Source: an uncultured Nannocystaceae bacterium (GTDB taxonomy: Bacteria > Myxococcota_A > Bradymonadia > UBA7976 > UBA1532). From it: a stretch of DNA of 64,000 bases. Positions 12,155 to 21,032 of the stretch are shown here, in pieces. The DNA lies in the NCBI GenBank assembly GCA_964402225.1, contig CAYOBQ010000002.1, positions 27,594 to 91,593 of the forward strand, written 5' to 3'. The position numbers and the translations under genes were made by a program. The notes below the pieces were generated by a model. That model saw nothing but the letters and a program-made list of their open reading frames with translations. It was not told the DNA's origin and ran no database searches. Every line of letters starts with the position of its first letter. Within the stretch, counting starts at the first letter, position 1.

Positions 12155-14025
12155 GTGTACGCCTCCGCGAACCCGTCGGAGGCGAAGCGAAGGACGATGC
12201 AGGAGATGTTGTCGCCTCCCCCCCCCCGGTTCGCCGCAACCATCAAGTCGAAGGCCGCCCAGGTCGCCCCCGGGGCGGCGTCCACGATCTCGCGAATCCG
12301 GCGCTCCGCGTCCTCCTCGTCGAGCCCCGCGTAGTCCGGGATGCCGTCGGAGGTGAGCACCAGGGTGTCCCCCGGCAGCAGGTCGAACTCGAGGAACTCT
12401 GGATGCAGGGGGACCGCTACGAGCTGGTCGTCGTCGCCCTTCTCGAACTCGCCAACGCAGCGGATGAGGGCCGCGGCGGACTGCACGTTGCGGGCGAACG
12501 TAGGCGGCCGGCCCATCCGCATGAGTTGAGTCGCGAGGTCGTGGTCGACCATCAACGAGGCGATGTGACCATCGCGCACGAGGTAGATTCGGCTGTCGCC
12601 AATGGAGCAGAGCGTGGCGTGGTTGCGCTCCAGGAGCACCGCGACCGTGGTGGCCGCCATGATGCCCTCCGGCGGGCCCTTGAACCGCGGAATGGTCTGG
12701 TGGACGAGCCGCCCTATCCGGCCGTTCGCCCGATCCAGGATCCCTTGGAGCAAGCGTTGGCGACCCGCGGCGGACTCTGGAAGGACGGGGGTCATCTCGC
12801 CCAACCCGTCGAGCGTGCGGTCGTCGAGCTCGTCGCCGTCGACGCAACCGGAGGCGATCTCCCGCCACCCCTCGAGGGCCTCCTGGCGGACGCACCCGCT
12901 CGCCATGTCGCCGCTCCCGTGTTGCGAGATGCTGACGCCATCGCTGATCAAGAACAGGCCGATGCCGGTCTCACCGTGGTAGGCCAGGAAGAGGTCGTCC
13001 TGATTGGTCGGCGCGTACTGACCCTTCAACACCCCGATGTGCAGCTCGTGCCCGATGTCGACCGGGAGCGGGCTCGGGGTGACCTCCCGGCGTCGGCGCA
13101 CGGTGCGCAACGCCTGCTCCAGGGCGCCGAGCAGCTCAGCGGCGTCTGCGTAGCGCCGGGCGGGGACGGGGGAGGTCGCTCGCCGAGTCACCGCCGCCAG
13201 CTCCGCGGGCACGTCCTCGTGGTAGATGTGCGGCGGCGGCAGGCGGTGGGAGGACTCGCTGGCTTCGACCAGTCGCGCGATGCGCGCCAGCACATAGAAC
13301 ATCGACACGCCGATGAAGAAGACGTCCGCGCGCGCATCCACCACGCCGTCGCAGTGGCCTCGGACCTCCGGGGCGGCGAACCCGCGGATCGCTCGGCGCC
13401 GAGCGTCGTCGCGCGGTGCCTCACGCGACCACAGCGTGGGCGGCGCGCGGAAGACGCAGTGCCCGTCGACACCGACCAGCAGCTCTCCCGGATCGGGGTC
13501 GCCGACCATGTAGCCGGCGGCGTGCAGTCGCGCAAACGCCCGCGCTATGGGGACGATCCAACGCTCGACGAGCGCCAGCGACTCCCCGCCGTCGCGGTCG
13601 GCGAGGACCGCCGTCAGCCCCTCTTGCAGACTCGGCGCGTCGGGCAGCGCGGTGAGCGTGTAGCGCAGGCCATCGAGGTCCAGCCCCGCGCTCGGGCTCA
13701 ACGCCAGCTCGTCGAGGGTCGCGCGGGCCTCGGCGCGCCGCCCGAGGACGCCGCCGGGATCCCCCGCCGGGGTGACGAGGACCTCGAAACGACGGCCCTG
13801 CGCGTCGGCCCCCAGGTAGCGGTGGGACCCCTCGGGAGCGACCAGCGGCGCGCGGAGCTCTACCGACTCAACGAGATCCCCGACCGTCGGCCACGCGACG
13901 CCATCGCCGGTCTGCTCGAGCTGGAAGCCGCAGGTGCCGCAATACCGGTCGTCCCCGGCGCGGCCATTGCAGACCGGACACGCGTCCGGTCGGTCGGCCA
14001 CCCGATCACCACTCGCTGTGGGCAC
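12151..14025 (-). CDS. multidomain signalling protein: N-terminal C4 zinc ribbon, Ser/Thr-kinase-like domain (possibly degenerate), C-terminal PP2C-family phosphatase
   Basis: Zinc ribbon: CPVCNG...CGTCG. Kinase-like subdomain VIb/VIII-like segments: LHAAGYMVGDPDPGELLV, GFAAPEV, DVFFIGVSMFYVLAR. PP2C motifs: LFLAYHGETGIGLFLISDGVSISQHGSGDMAS, LVLTSDGIPD, GGGGDNISCIVLRF. Confidence 0.75.
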   Translation of the reverse strand: MPTASGDRVADRPDACPVCNGRAGDDRYCGTCGFQLEQTGDGVAWPTVGDLVESVELRAPLVAPEGSHRYLGADAQGRRFEVLVTPAGDPGGVLGRRAEARATLDELALSPSAGLDLDGLRYTLTALPDAPSLQEGLTAVLADRDGGESLALVERWIVPIARAFARLHAAGYMVGDPDPGELLVGVDGHCVFRAPPTLWSREAPRDDARRRAIRGFAAPEVRGHCDGVVDARADVFFIGVSMFYVLARIARLVEASESSHRLPPPHIYHEDVPAELAAVTRRATSPVPARRYADAAELLGALEQALRTVRRRREVTPSPLPVDIGHELHIGVLKGQYAPTNQDDLFLAYHGETGIGLFLISDGVSISQHGSGDMASGCVRQEALEGWREIASGCVDGDELDDRTLDGLGEMTPVLPESAAGRQRLLQGILDRANGRIGRLVHQTIPRFKGPPEGIMAATTVAVLLERNHATLCSIGDSRIYLVRDGHIASLMVDHDLATQLMRMGRPPTFARNVQSAAALIRCVGEFEKGDDDQLVAVPLHPEFLEFDLLPGDTLVLTSDGIPDYAGLDEEDAERRIREIVDAAPGATWAAFDLMVAANRGGGGDNISCIVLRFASDGFAEAYT

Positions 14026-14062
14026 TACGCCTCCGCCGGTGCGAGCGGCGATGCTACCCCGA

Positions 14063-15970
14063 TCACCAGCCGCGGAGCGAGGGCCCCGAACGCAAGCTGC
14101 GCTCGGATTCGTCGAGGCGGTCGGCGCGCAGGACCGTGAAGCTGAAGGTCGAGCCCTCCCCGGGGCGGCTCTCGACCCAGATACGCCCCTCGTGGAGGCC
14201 GATGAGCTCGCGGCAAATGGGCAGCCCCAACCCCGTGCCGACGACCTTCAGCTCCCCCTCAATCTGCCGGAACTTCTCGAAGACGTGGGGGGCGTCCTCC
14301 GGGGAGATTCCGGTGCCGGTGTCGATGACGTCGAAGCGGATGTCGGTGTCGTCGTAGGTGACGCGCACGCGGATGCTCCCCTCTTCGGTGAACTTGATCG
14401 CGTTCGACAGCAGGTTGACGAGGACCTGCGAGACCCGGTCGCCGTCCGCCCAGGCGGGGGGGCAATCGCTGGGGAGGGTGGGCTCGACGGGGAGCCCCTT
14501 GACTCGCCACAGCCCCGCGGTGGCCGCGATCGCACCATCGACCAGCGGGGCCACCTCGGTCTCTTCCAAGTGCAGGTTGAGCTTCCCCGCCTCCAGCTTG
14601 CTGAGATCGAGGACGTCGTTGACGAGGCGGCCGAGGCGCTCGCCCTCCGCGTCCACGACCTGCATGTCGTCGAGGACCTTCGCGAGGGCCTCGCGGGCGG
14701 GGCCCTCGACGCCCTGGAGCGCTGGCGTCACCTGGCGGCTGAGGCGCCGCAGGTTGAGCTTGTTGAAGCCCACGATGGAGGTCAACGGCGTGCGCAGCTC
14801 GTGGGAGACGCCGGCGAGGAACGCCGCCTTGAGATCCTCGAGCTGCCGTTCCTTGGTGACGTCCCGCTTGCGATTGATGATCGCCTCGATCTCGCCGTTC
14901 TTGCCCAACAGCGGGTAGGTGCTGATGCGGGTCACGGCGTTGCCGAAGGCGCGGTGCTCCACGCTCTTGGGCTTGCGGTCACGCAGCGTCGCGAAGGCCG
15001 GGCAGTTCTCGCAGATCTCGTCACGCATGCGAAAGGCGCGGTAGCACTTCCGCCCGATGGCGTCGCGCCCGAACATCGAGCGGGCCGCGCGGTTGGCCTG
15101 GAGGATCTCCCCCTCGGGGGAGAGCACGGTTATCGGATCGGTGATCGCGTCGAAGAGATTCTGAAAGAACCGCTCCGAGTCGGCGAGACGGGTCTCCACG
15201 AGCGCCAACTCACGGGTCAGCTCGTCGACGTCGCGCGACTGCCGAGCGACGAGCACCACCCGCTCCACCCGCCCATCCTCGAGCCGGGACACGGCCCCGG
15301 AGGTCTCGAGCCGGATCTGCTCCCCCGTCGCGTCGGTGAAGTCGACCTCGACGCGGCTCGCCGCCCCTGCCGGATCCGCGAGGAGCACGCGGTACCAGGC
15401 CGGCATGCGACCAAAGAGGTGTTCGACGCTCAGCCCACAGGCGCCTCCGTGATACCCGAGAAACGTCGCGAAGGGTGCGTTGTGCAGCTCGACGACGCCG
15501 TTGGCGTCCAGCACGACGAGGGCGTCGGGCATCGAGTCGATGACCTGCTGGATGTAGTCCCGATCGACCCGCGCCTCCTGCGCGAGCAGGAGGTAGGCGG
15601 CCATCTCGTTGACCGCCGCCTTGAGGCGTCCCATCTCGTCGTGGCGCCGCACCTCGAGGCGACCCTCGAGCTCCCCGCGAGCGATGGACTCGACGCGGGC
15701 GAGCACCTCGTTGAGCGGGCGCACGACACGACCGTGCAGAAGCACGACCGACGCCCCGGCCAGGACCAGGATGCCAGCGGTGAGGAGCACCGTCGCGATG
15801 ATGGGGTCGAACCCGGTGCCGGTCCCCACGACGTAGACCGCGAGCCCGGCGCAGACGGGCACCAGCAGGCTGTAGACGCCGATCAACAGCAGCAGCGTAC
15901 CGAAGGTGCTCAGCCGGGGCGCCGGTGGCTTCCCCGCCGGCCCGGTCTCAGAAGTCGAAGTCGAGGTCAA
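14063..15970 (-). CDS. sensor histidine kinase (TM-HAMP-PAS-HisKA-HATPase_c)
   Basis: Two N-terminal TM helices. HAMP and PAS regions. H-box GVSHELRTPLTSIVGF. N/G1/G2 boxes (LVNLLSNAIKFT, IDTGTGI, GTGLGL). Confidence 0.85.
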   Translation of the reverse strand: MTSTSTSETGPAGKPPAPRLSTFGTLLLLIGVYSLLVPVCAGLAVYVVGTGTGFDPIIATVLLTAGILVLAGASVVLLHGRVVRPLNEVLARVESIARGELEGRLEVRRHDEMGRLKAAVNEMAAYLLLAQEARVDRDYIQQVIDSMPDALVVLDANGVVELHNAPFATFLGYHGGACGLSVEHLFGRMPAWYRVLLADPAGAASRVEVDFTDATGEQIRLETSGAVSRLEDGRVERVVLVARQSRDVDELTRELALVETRLADSERFFQNLFDAITDPITVLSPEGEILQANRAARSMFGRDAIGRKCYRAFRMRDEICENCPAFATLRDRKPKSVEHRAFGNAVTRISTYPLLGKNGEIEAIINRKRDVTKERQLEDLKAAFLAGVSHELRTPLTSIVGFNKLNLRRLSRQVTPALQGVEGPAREALAKVLDDMQVVDAEGERLGRLVNDVLDLSKLEAGKLNLHLEETEVAPLVDGAIAATAGLWRVKGLPVEPTLPSDCPPAWADGDRVSQVLVNLLSNAIKFTEEGSIRVRVTYDDTDIRFDVIDTGTGISPEDAPHVFEKFRQIEGELKVVGTGLGLPICRELIGLHEGRIWVESRPGEGSTFSFTVLRADRLDESERSLRSGPSLRGW

Positions 15971-16337
15971 GTCCCAGCACCTCGGCGGCGCGGGTGACGA
16001 TCTGGTCGGGGTCGAAGGGCTTGGTCAGGAACTCGTGGGGGCCCGTCTGTGCGTCCATCGGCCCGGTCTGCCCCTTGGCGGTCAGGATCACGATGTGCAC
16101 GCCCGCGAGTTGAGGGTCCCGCCGGATGGCGGCGCAGACCTCGGTGCCGTCCATGCCCGGCATCATCACATCGAGGAAGACCAGATCCGGCTTCAGGTCC
16201 CGGGTCTTGGAGAGGCCCCCGATCCCGTCCTCCGCGAAGTGGATCTCGACCCCCTCGAGCTCCAGCTCCTCCAGGGTGCGGTGGAGCAGCAGCCGGATGT
16301 GGCTCTCGTCGTCGACGATCAAAATGCGCTTGGCCAC
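15948..16337 (-). CDS. single-domain response regulator (CheY-like receiver)
   Basis: VAKRILIVDDESHIRLLL...LVFLDVMMPGMDGTEV...IVILTAKG has the receiver Asp pocket, phospho-Asp and Thr/Lys. GAGAGG RBS before the GTG start. Sits between two histidine kinases. Confidence 0.8.
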   Translation of the reverse strand: MAKRILIVDDESHIRLLLHRTLEELELEGVEIHFAEDGIGGLSKTRDLKPDLVFLDVMMPGMDGTEVCAAIRRDPQLAGVHIVILTAKGQTGPMDAQTGPHEFLTKPFDPDQIVTRAAEVLGLDLDFDF

Positions 16338-16347
16338 CGGATCCCTC

Positions 16348-17505
16348 TCAGTCGTTGCGCGCGAGGGGCAGATGCACCGTGAACACGGCGCCTTCACCGA
16401 CCTCGCTCCGAGCCGAGACCCGCCCATCGTGGTGCTCGAGGATCGTGCGCACGAGGGCGAGACCGAGCCCGGTCCCCTCCTTCGTGTGTATCACGTTCTC
16501 GATCCGATAGAACTTGTCGAAGATCTGCGGGAGTTGCTCTGGATCAATCCCGATCCCGCTGTCGGCGACCTCCACATGGACCTCGTCGCCATCGACCCAC
16601 TGGCGCAGTCGCACCCACCCCTCGTCGGTGAACTTGATGGCGTTGGCGACGAGGTTGGTGAAGACCTGGGAGAGCCGCGTGCCGTCGCACTCCACCACCG
16701 CTTCGTCTTGTGTCTCGCAACTCAACTCGAGCCCCTTGGCCTCGGCCTGGATGCGCAACAGCGTGACCACCCCCCGCACGACCTTCGAGACCGGCCGAAC
16801 GTCCATGTCGTACTGCATCTTGCCGGCGAGCAGCTTCGACACGTCGAGGATGTCGTTGATGATGACGATGAGCTTGTCGGACTCCTCGTCGATGATCCCC
16901 ACGAACTCGCGGAGGATCTCGCCGGGCATGTCCTCGTCGTCGAGGATGGTGGCGGCGAAGCCCTTGATGCTCGCGAGCGGAGTGCGCAGCTCGTGGCTCA
17001 CGTTGCTGACGAAGTCGTTCTTCATCTCGTCGAGGGCCTTGAGCTCCTCGTTGAGCCGCGCGAGCTCCTCGTTGTGGTCGCGCAGCCCGACGATGAGCTG
17101 GTTGTTCACCAGCGCGATCCCCGCCTGGCGCCCCAGGGCGCGCACGAGCTTCGCGTCCTCGGCCAGGAATTCGCCACCGCCCCGACGGTCGCAGAGCGAG
17201 ATCTCGCCGAGGTGGCCCTGGGCGGTCTCGATCGGGACGCTGAGCGCCGAGGTCTGTGTCTCGGGCGCCGACCCGACGACCAGGCCGTCGTCGAGGACGA
17301 TGCGGCCCTTTCGCGCGCGCACGATCCGCCGCGCCTCGCGCAGGACGAGCTTGCAGATGTCCTCCGGCCCCAGGCAGGCGTTTATCGACTCGCCGATGCG
17401 GTAGAGGAGGGTGATCTGTCGATAGCGGTTGAGCGTCTCGCGAGAGAGCGCGTCGACCTGGGATTTGAGCTCGATGACCCGCGGGTCGGCTTCAGATTCT
17501 GCCAT
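16348..17505 (-). CDS. GAF-domain sensor histidine kinase
   Basis: N-terminal GAF-like region. H-box SHELRTPLASIKGF. HATPase_c motifs (NLVANAIKFT, DSGIGI, GTGLGL). Confidence 0.85.
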   Translation of the reverse strand: MAESEADPRVIELKSQVDALSRETLNRYRQITLLYRIGESINACLGPEDICKLVLREARRIVRARKGRIVLDDGLVVGSAPETQTSALSVPIETAQGHLGEISLCDRRGGGEFLAEDAKLVRALGRQAGIALVNNQLIVGLRDHNEELARLNEELKALDEMKNDFVSNVSHELRTPLASIKGFAATILDDEDMPGEILREFVGIIDEESDKLIVIINDILDVSKLLAGKMQYDMDVRPVSKVVRGVVTLLRIQAEAKGLELSCETQDEAVVECDGTRLSQVFTNLVANAIKFTDEGWVRLRQWVDGDEVHVEVADSGIGIDPEQLPQIFDKFYRIENVIHTKEGTGLGLALVRTILEHHDGRVSARSEVGEGAVFTVHLPLARND

Positions 17506-17536
17506 CCGACCGAATGTTAGGACGCGCGGCCGCTCG

Positions 17537-18277
17537 CTACAAGTCAGCCCGCACCGGACGCGACGCGCGCGAGCGAGTCTTGCCGTCTTCGTCCCAGGCC
17601 ACCACGTAGAAGGTGTAGGCGTGCCCGGCCTCCAAGGCGATGGTCAGACGGGTCTCCTCGGTGAACCAGACGTAGCTCTGCTCGACGAAGGCGGCGTTCC
17701 GCCCCGCCCGCAAGCCGTGGACCGCGTACTTGTCGGCCGCATCGACTTCGTCCCACTCAAGGGTGATGGCGTCCCCCTCGACCGTCGCTCGGAGGTTCTG
17801 CGGCGCCCCGAGGAAGCCCGTCTCACGGCCGCAGACGACGCACAGCTCCTCGGGCTCCTCGGGCTCCGCCTGTTCGCGGCCGGCGAAGGCCTCCTCAGGC
17901 GGCAGATCCCCGGCCGCGCACATCATGCGACACGCGCGGTCGAGGCCGCACCGCGCCGCACACGACGGCTCACCGCTGGCCTCCCCCCGCGAGGGGAGAC
18001 GATCGGCGTCGGGCATCCCCCGGTTCGCGTTTGGATCCTCCACGCGCCGTCGCCACGCCTCGATGGGGCGCGCGTGCGGGTCGTGGCGTCGAATGGTGCG
18101 CCACGTCCCCGGAACCTGGAACTCGGCGCGTCGCGCCGCGTCGGCGTCGAGCTCCGGCGTGAAGAGCTCCGCCTCTTCGACCTGCGTCGCGAGCCCCTCG
18201 GGGCTGGTCCCCGCCGGCCCGGGCTCGTGGCCACAGGCCAGCAGCGCGAGAGGGACGAGGGTGAGCAACGGGCGCAT
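17537..18277 (-). CDS. lipoprotein with C-terminal fibronectin type III-like domain
   Basis: Lipobox LALLACG. Cys-rich middle. C-terminal PQNLRATVEGDAITLEWDEV...YTFYVVAWDEDG is an FN3-like pattern. Confidence 0.55.
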   Translation of the reverse strand: MRPLLTLVPLALLACGHEPGPAGTSPEGLATQVEEAELFTPELDADAARRAEFQVPGTWRTIRRHDPHARPIEAWRRRVEDPNANRGMPDADRLPSRGEASGEPSCAARCGLDRACRMMCAAGDLPPEEAFAGREQAEPEEPEELCVVCGRETGFLGAPQNLRATVEGDAITLEWDEVDAADKYAVHGLRAGRNAAFVEQSYVWFTEETRLTIALEAGHAYTFYVVAWDEDGKTRSRASRPVRADL

Positions 18278-18280
18278 CTT

Positions 18281-19051
18281 TCAGTCCTCCGTCGCTCGCG
18301 TCGGCGTCATCCCGGCGTAGAGCGCGTAAAGCTGAGCGTCGTCGGCGTCCTTCGCGTTCGCCTCCATCTCCGCGTACCGCGCGCGGACGAACTCGAAGAG
18401 CTCGTCGCGGAACTTCGCCATGTCGTCGGGGCGCGCGAGGAAGCTGAAGGTTCGCGCGCCCGCGGACGCTGGCGCGTCGTCCAGGAAGCGTCGGCGGATG
18501 GTCTCCGTCACCGCCTCGAGGTGCTCGTAGAGCGCGTCGATGCGCGCATCCCAGTCGTCGTCGACGACGAGATCCTGGTGCATCTCCACGCAACGGTAGT
18601 GGACGCGGGCCCCGGGGCGGGATGGCGCCTCTTCGATGCGGCCCTCACGGACGAGCGCCTTCACCGCCAGCCGCGTGCTGTCGAACTCGTTGCAGTGGGG
18701 GAGCCGGTCGGCCAGCTCGTCCATCGTCATCGGCCGCTGCCGCAACAGGTCCTCGACGCGCCGCATCAGGTTGGTCTCGTTCTGCTCGAAGAAGCCGCCC
18801 TTGTTGAAGCGCGCCGAGAGCGCCTTCACGGTGCGGGTGGACTTCCCGAAGATCAGCGAGATCAAGTTGATGGTGGAGTGCTTCCGCTTCGCCTCGCGCC
18901 ACAGCGCGAGGGTCATCATGTCCTTGACCGTGTCGAGCGGGTAGTTGTGGTCCACCGCCATCTTCACGGCCGGGTAGAAGGTCGCGAAGAGCACCCGGAG
19001 CAAATACTCCGGGTAGGGGATCGGCGCCGCGTCTCGTGACTCTGCTTGCAT
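18281..19051 (-). CDS. hypothetical protein, possible winged-helix DNA-binding regulator
   Basis: Start at MQAESRD ATG. The upstream 260 codons of the ORF-track entry are the antisense of a plus-strand ORF and are rejected. Helix-turn-helix-like segment KSTRTVKALSARF and RLAVKALVREGRIEE. Confidence 0.5.
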   Translation of the reverse strand: MQAESRDAAPIPYPEYLLRVLFATFYPAVKMAVDHNYPLDTVKDMMTLALWREAKRKHSTINLISLIFGKSTRTVKALSARFNKGGFFEQNETNLMRRVEDLLRQRPMTMDELADRLPHCNEFDSTRLAVKALVREGRIEEAPSRPGARVHYRCVEMHQDLVVDDDWDARIDALYEHLEAVTETIRRRFLDDAPASAGARTFSFLARPDDMAKFRDELFEFVRARYAEMEANAKDADDAQLYALYAGMTPTRATED

Positions 19052-19267
19052 TCGATGCTCCGTCGACAGGCGAAGTCCGCAGATACTAGCGGACGGAACC
19101 CTCCCTCTGCACATTTCGGGACCAGACGTCGGCCCCGAAAAGGGAAAAAAACTGCCCACGCGATCTCGAGGCGCACACTTTTCGCGTCCTCGGGGAGGCC
19201 GGGTTAAGGTGCCGATCGAGCGCACGCAGGGGGGAATGATGAGCCGAGTGGCGAGTGAGCGGAGACG
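19052..19267. promoter_or_regulatory. AT-enriched divergent intergenic region (probable promoters for both flanking genes)
   Basis: A roughly 215-bp non-coding gap with locally low GC (e.g. gaaaagggaaaaaaactg) in an otherwise ~71% GC window. Sits between divergently oriented ORFs. Confidence 0.3.
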
Positions 19268-19729
19268 ATGAGCCGACCGGACCCGTTCCAGGTGAAACGC
19301 CGCCCGATGGCCCGTGCGGAGCGCGATTTCGCCTTCGCGCGCGGTCGTCAGGACGGCGCCGACCGTCCGCCCTTCACCGAGGAGGGCGCCCTCGATGTCG
19401 ATGGATTGCACCAGCTCCTCGAGCGGGCAGAGTCGGTCATCGAGGGGCAGGGATACGAAGACGGCGGCGCGGGCCAGTTTCTGGGTAGCGCGGTGCTCAC
19501 CCTCTCGGCCCCCGAGGGCCTCGCCGGGCGTCTCGCGGTTGCGGTCACCACCGACGCGCGCGCGAGGCAAGCGGTGCGCGATCGGATCTTCCGTGAGCTG
19601 GCTCGCCTCCTCGGCCCATCGACCCCCGCAGACTTCGACTTGAGCCTGCGCGCGCGGGTCGACGGAGACGCCGTTCGCGTCGATGCGGACATCGAAGCGG
19701 CGCTTCCGGTGGTAGACCAGACCTCCTGA
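19268..19729 (+). CDS. hypothetical protein
   Basis: 153-aa ORF with protein-like composition directly upstream of the MerR-TPR gene. No recognisable motif. Confidence 0.35.
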   Translation: MSRPDPFQVKRRPMARAERDFAFARGRQDGADRPPFTEEGALDVDGLHQLLERAESVIEGQGYEDGGAGQFLGSAVLTLSAPEGLAGRLAVAVTTDARARQAVRDRIFRELARLLGPSTPADFDLSLRARVDGDAVRVDADIEAALPVVDQTS

Positions 19730-19745
19730 CGGTACATTCCGGGCG

Positions 19746-20630
19746 ATGACGCTGTATTCGGTGCACCAGGTGGCGCGCCTCTCGAGCGCGAGCGTCGACC
19801 AACTACGACGGTGGGACCGGAGCGGTCTGCTCCCGGCGTGCAAGGACGCCGAGCGTCCCGCCTACAGCTTCCAGGACGTGATCGCCGCGCGAGCAGCGGT
19901 GGCGCTGCTCGCAAAGGGCGTCGGCACGCGGAAGCTCCGGGAAGCGGTCGAGGCGGTGCGCGCCATGAGGCCCGAGGGCGGCCACCCGTTGGCGGAGCTG
20001 CGGCTCTTCGAGGAGGCGGGCCAGATCGTGGTTCGACTGGAGGACACCCTCCTCGAGCCGCGCTCGGGCCAGGCGCTGCTCGCGCTGCCCATCGGCTCGA
20101 TGACCGAGGAGCCCGGCGGCGAGGTCCTGCGCGTGCCGCTGCCGCGGACCGAGGCGGCCGACGCGCAGGCGCTGCTCGAGGCGGGGCTGGATGCGGAGGA
20201 GGCGGGTGACGACGAGACCGCAGAGCTACGTTACAAACAGGCGCTCGAGATCGAGCCCGACCACGCCGGGGTCCTGCTGAACCTGGGCAATATGAGCTAT
20301 CGCCGCGGTGCGCTGCGGCGCGCGAGCGAGCTGTACCGCGCGGCCACACGCGCCGAGCCGGCCTACGCGCAGGCCTGGTACAACCTCGCCAACACCCTCG
20401 ACGATCTGGGGCACGTCGACAGCGCGGTGCACGCCTACGAGACCGCCCTCGGGCACGAGCCCGAGCTCGCCGACGCCCACTTCAACCTCGCGTTGCTGTG
20501 GGAGAAGCTAGGCCGACGGGACCGCGCACGGGCCCATTGGGAGCGCTACGTGCTCATCGACGGGGACAGCCAGTCAGCCCGGCTCGCCCACCGCTTCCTC
20601 GACTTCGACGGAGACGCCCCCGACATCTGA
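19746..20630 (+). CDS. MerR-family HTH domain fused to TPR repeats
   Basis: N-terminal MTLYSVHQVARLSSASVDQLRRWDRSGLL (MerR-type HTH). At least three TPR repeats (AELRYKQALEIEPDHAGVLLNLGNMSY..., AQAWYNLANTLDDLGHVDSAVHAYETAL..., ADAHFNLALLWEKLGRRDRA). Confidence 0.7.
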   Translation: MTLYSVHQVARLSSASVDQLRRWDRSGLLPACKDAERPAYSFQDVIAARAAVALLAKGVGTRKLREAVEAVRAMRPEGGHPLAELRLFEEAGQIVVRLEDTLLEPRSGQALLALPIGSMTEEPGGEVLRVPLPRTEAADAQALLEAGLDAEEAGDDETAELRYKQALEIEPDHAGVLLNLGNMSYRRGALRRASELYRAATRAEPAYAQAWYNLANTLDDLGHVDSAVHAYETALGHEPELADAHFNLALLWEKLGRRDRARAHWERYVLIDGDSQSARLAHRFLDFDGDAPDI

Positions 20631-21032
20631 AGACGTCGCCAGCTCGGCGAGAAGCTGGGCGACCTGCGGGGCTTGCTCGGCGAGGAGCTCGAGCTCGACG
20701 CCGCTCAGGTACGCCGTGCGGTGCCCACGCAGGAGCGGGAAGTCGAGGCGCAGCGCGTAGCGATCGTCGGTGCGAGTGACGGCCATCGTCTCGGCGTAAC
20801 GCTCGACATCGGCCACCACGGACTTCAGGTACCGATGGAGGCGAAGCCCCCGGCGGGCGCGCGGGTCCTCGAAGAGATAGAAGTGCCGATTGCGCGACAG
20901 CCGGGCGCCGGCCCGCAGCATGCGGAAGGTCGCCCACGTCGTCGGGTGCAGCGGTTTGTCGACGCTCTCCATGCCCAATCGTACGGCGCCAGACGAGAAT
21001 AACTCCAGGAATTCACGTAGATTCGGCGCCAT
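20574..21032 (-). CDS. hypothetical protein
   Basis: Roughly 150-aa ORF (start at MAPNLREF). Convergent with the MerR-TPR gene and overlapping it by ~57 nt. Divergent from the CoA-transferase gene. No motif recognised. Confidence 0.4.
   Translation of the reverse strand: MAPNLREFLELFSSGAVRLGMESVDKPLHPTTWATFRMLRAGARLSRNRHFYLFEDPRARRGLRLHRYLKSVVADVERYAETMAVTRTDDRYALRLDFPLLRGHRTAYLSGVELELLAEQAPQVAQLLAELATSSDVGGVSVEVEEAVGEPG

Noticed and set aside
19052-19843. N-terminal 260-codon extension of ORF 18281-19843 (-)
   Set aside because: The extension is antisense to a plus-strand ORF and crosses the AT-rich intergenic region, with no protein-like composition. The gene was called from the internal ATG at ~19051.
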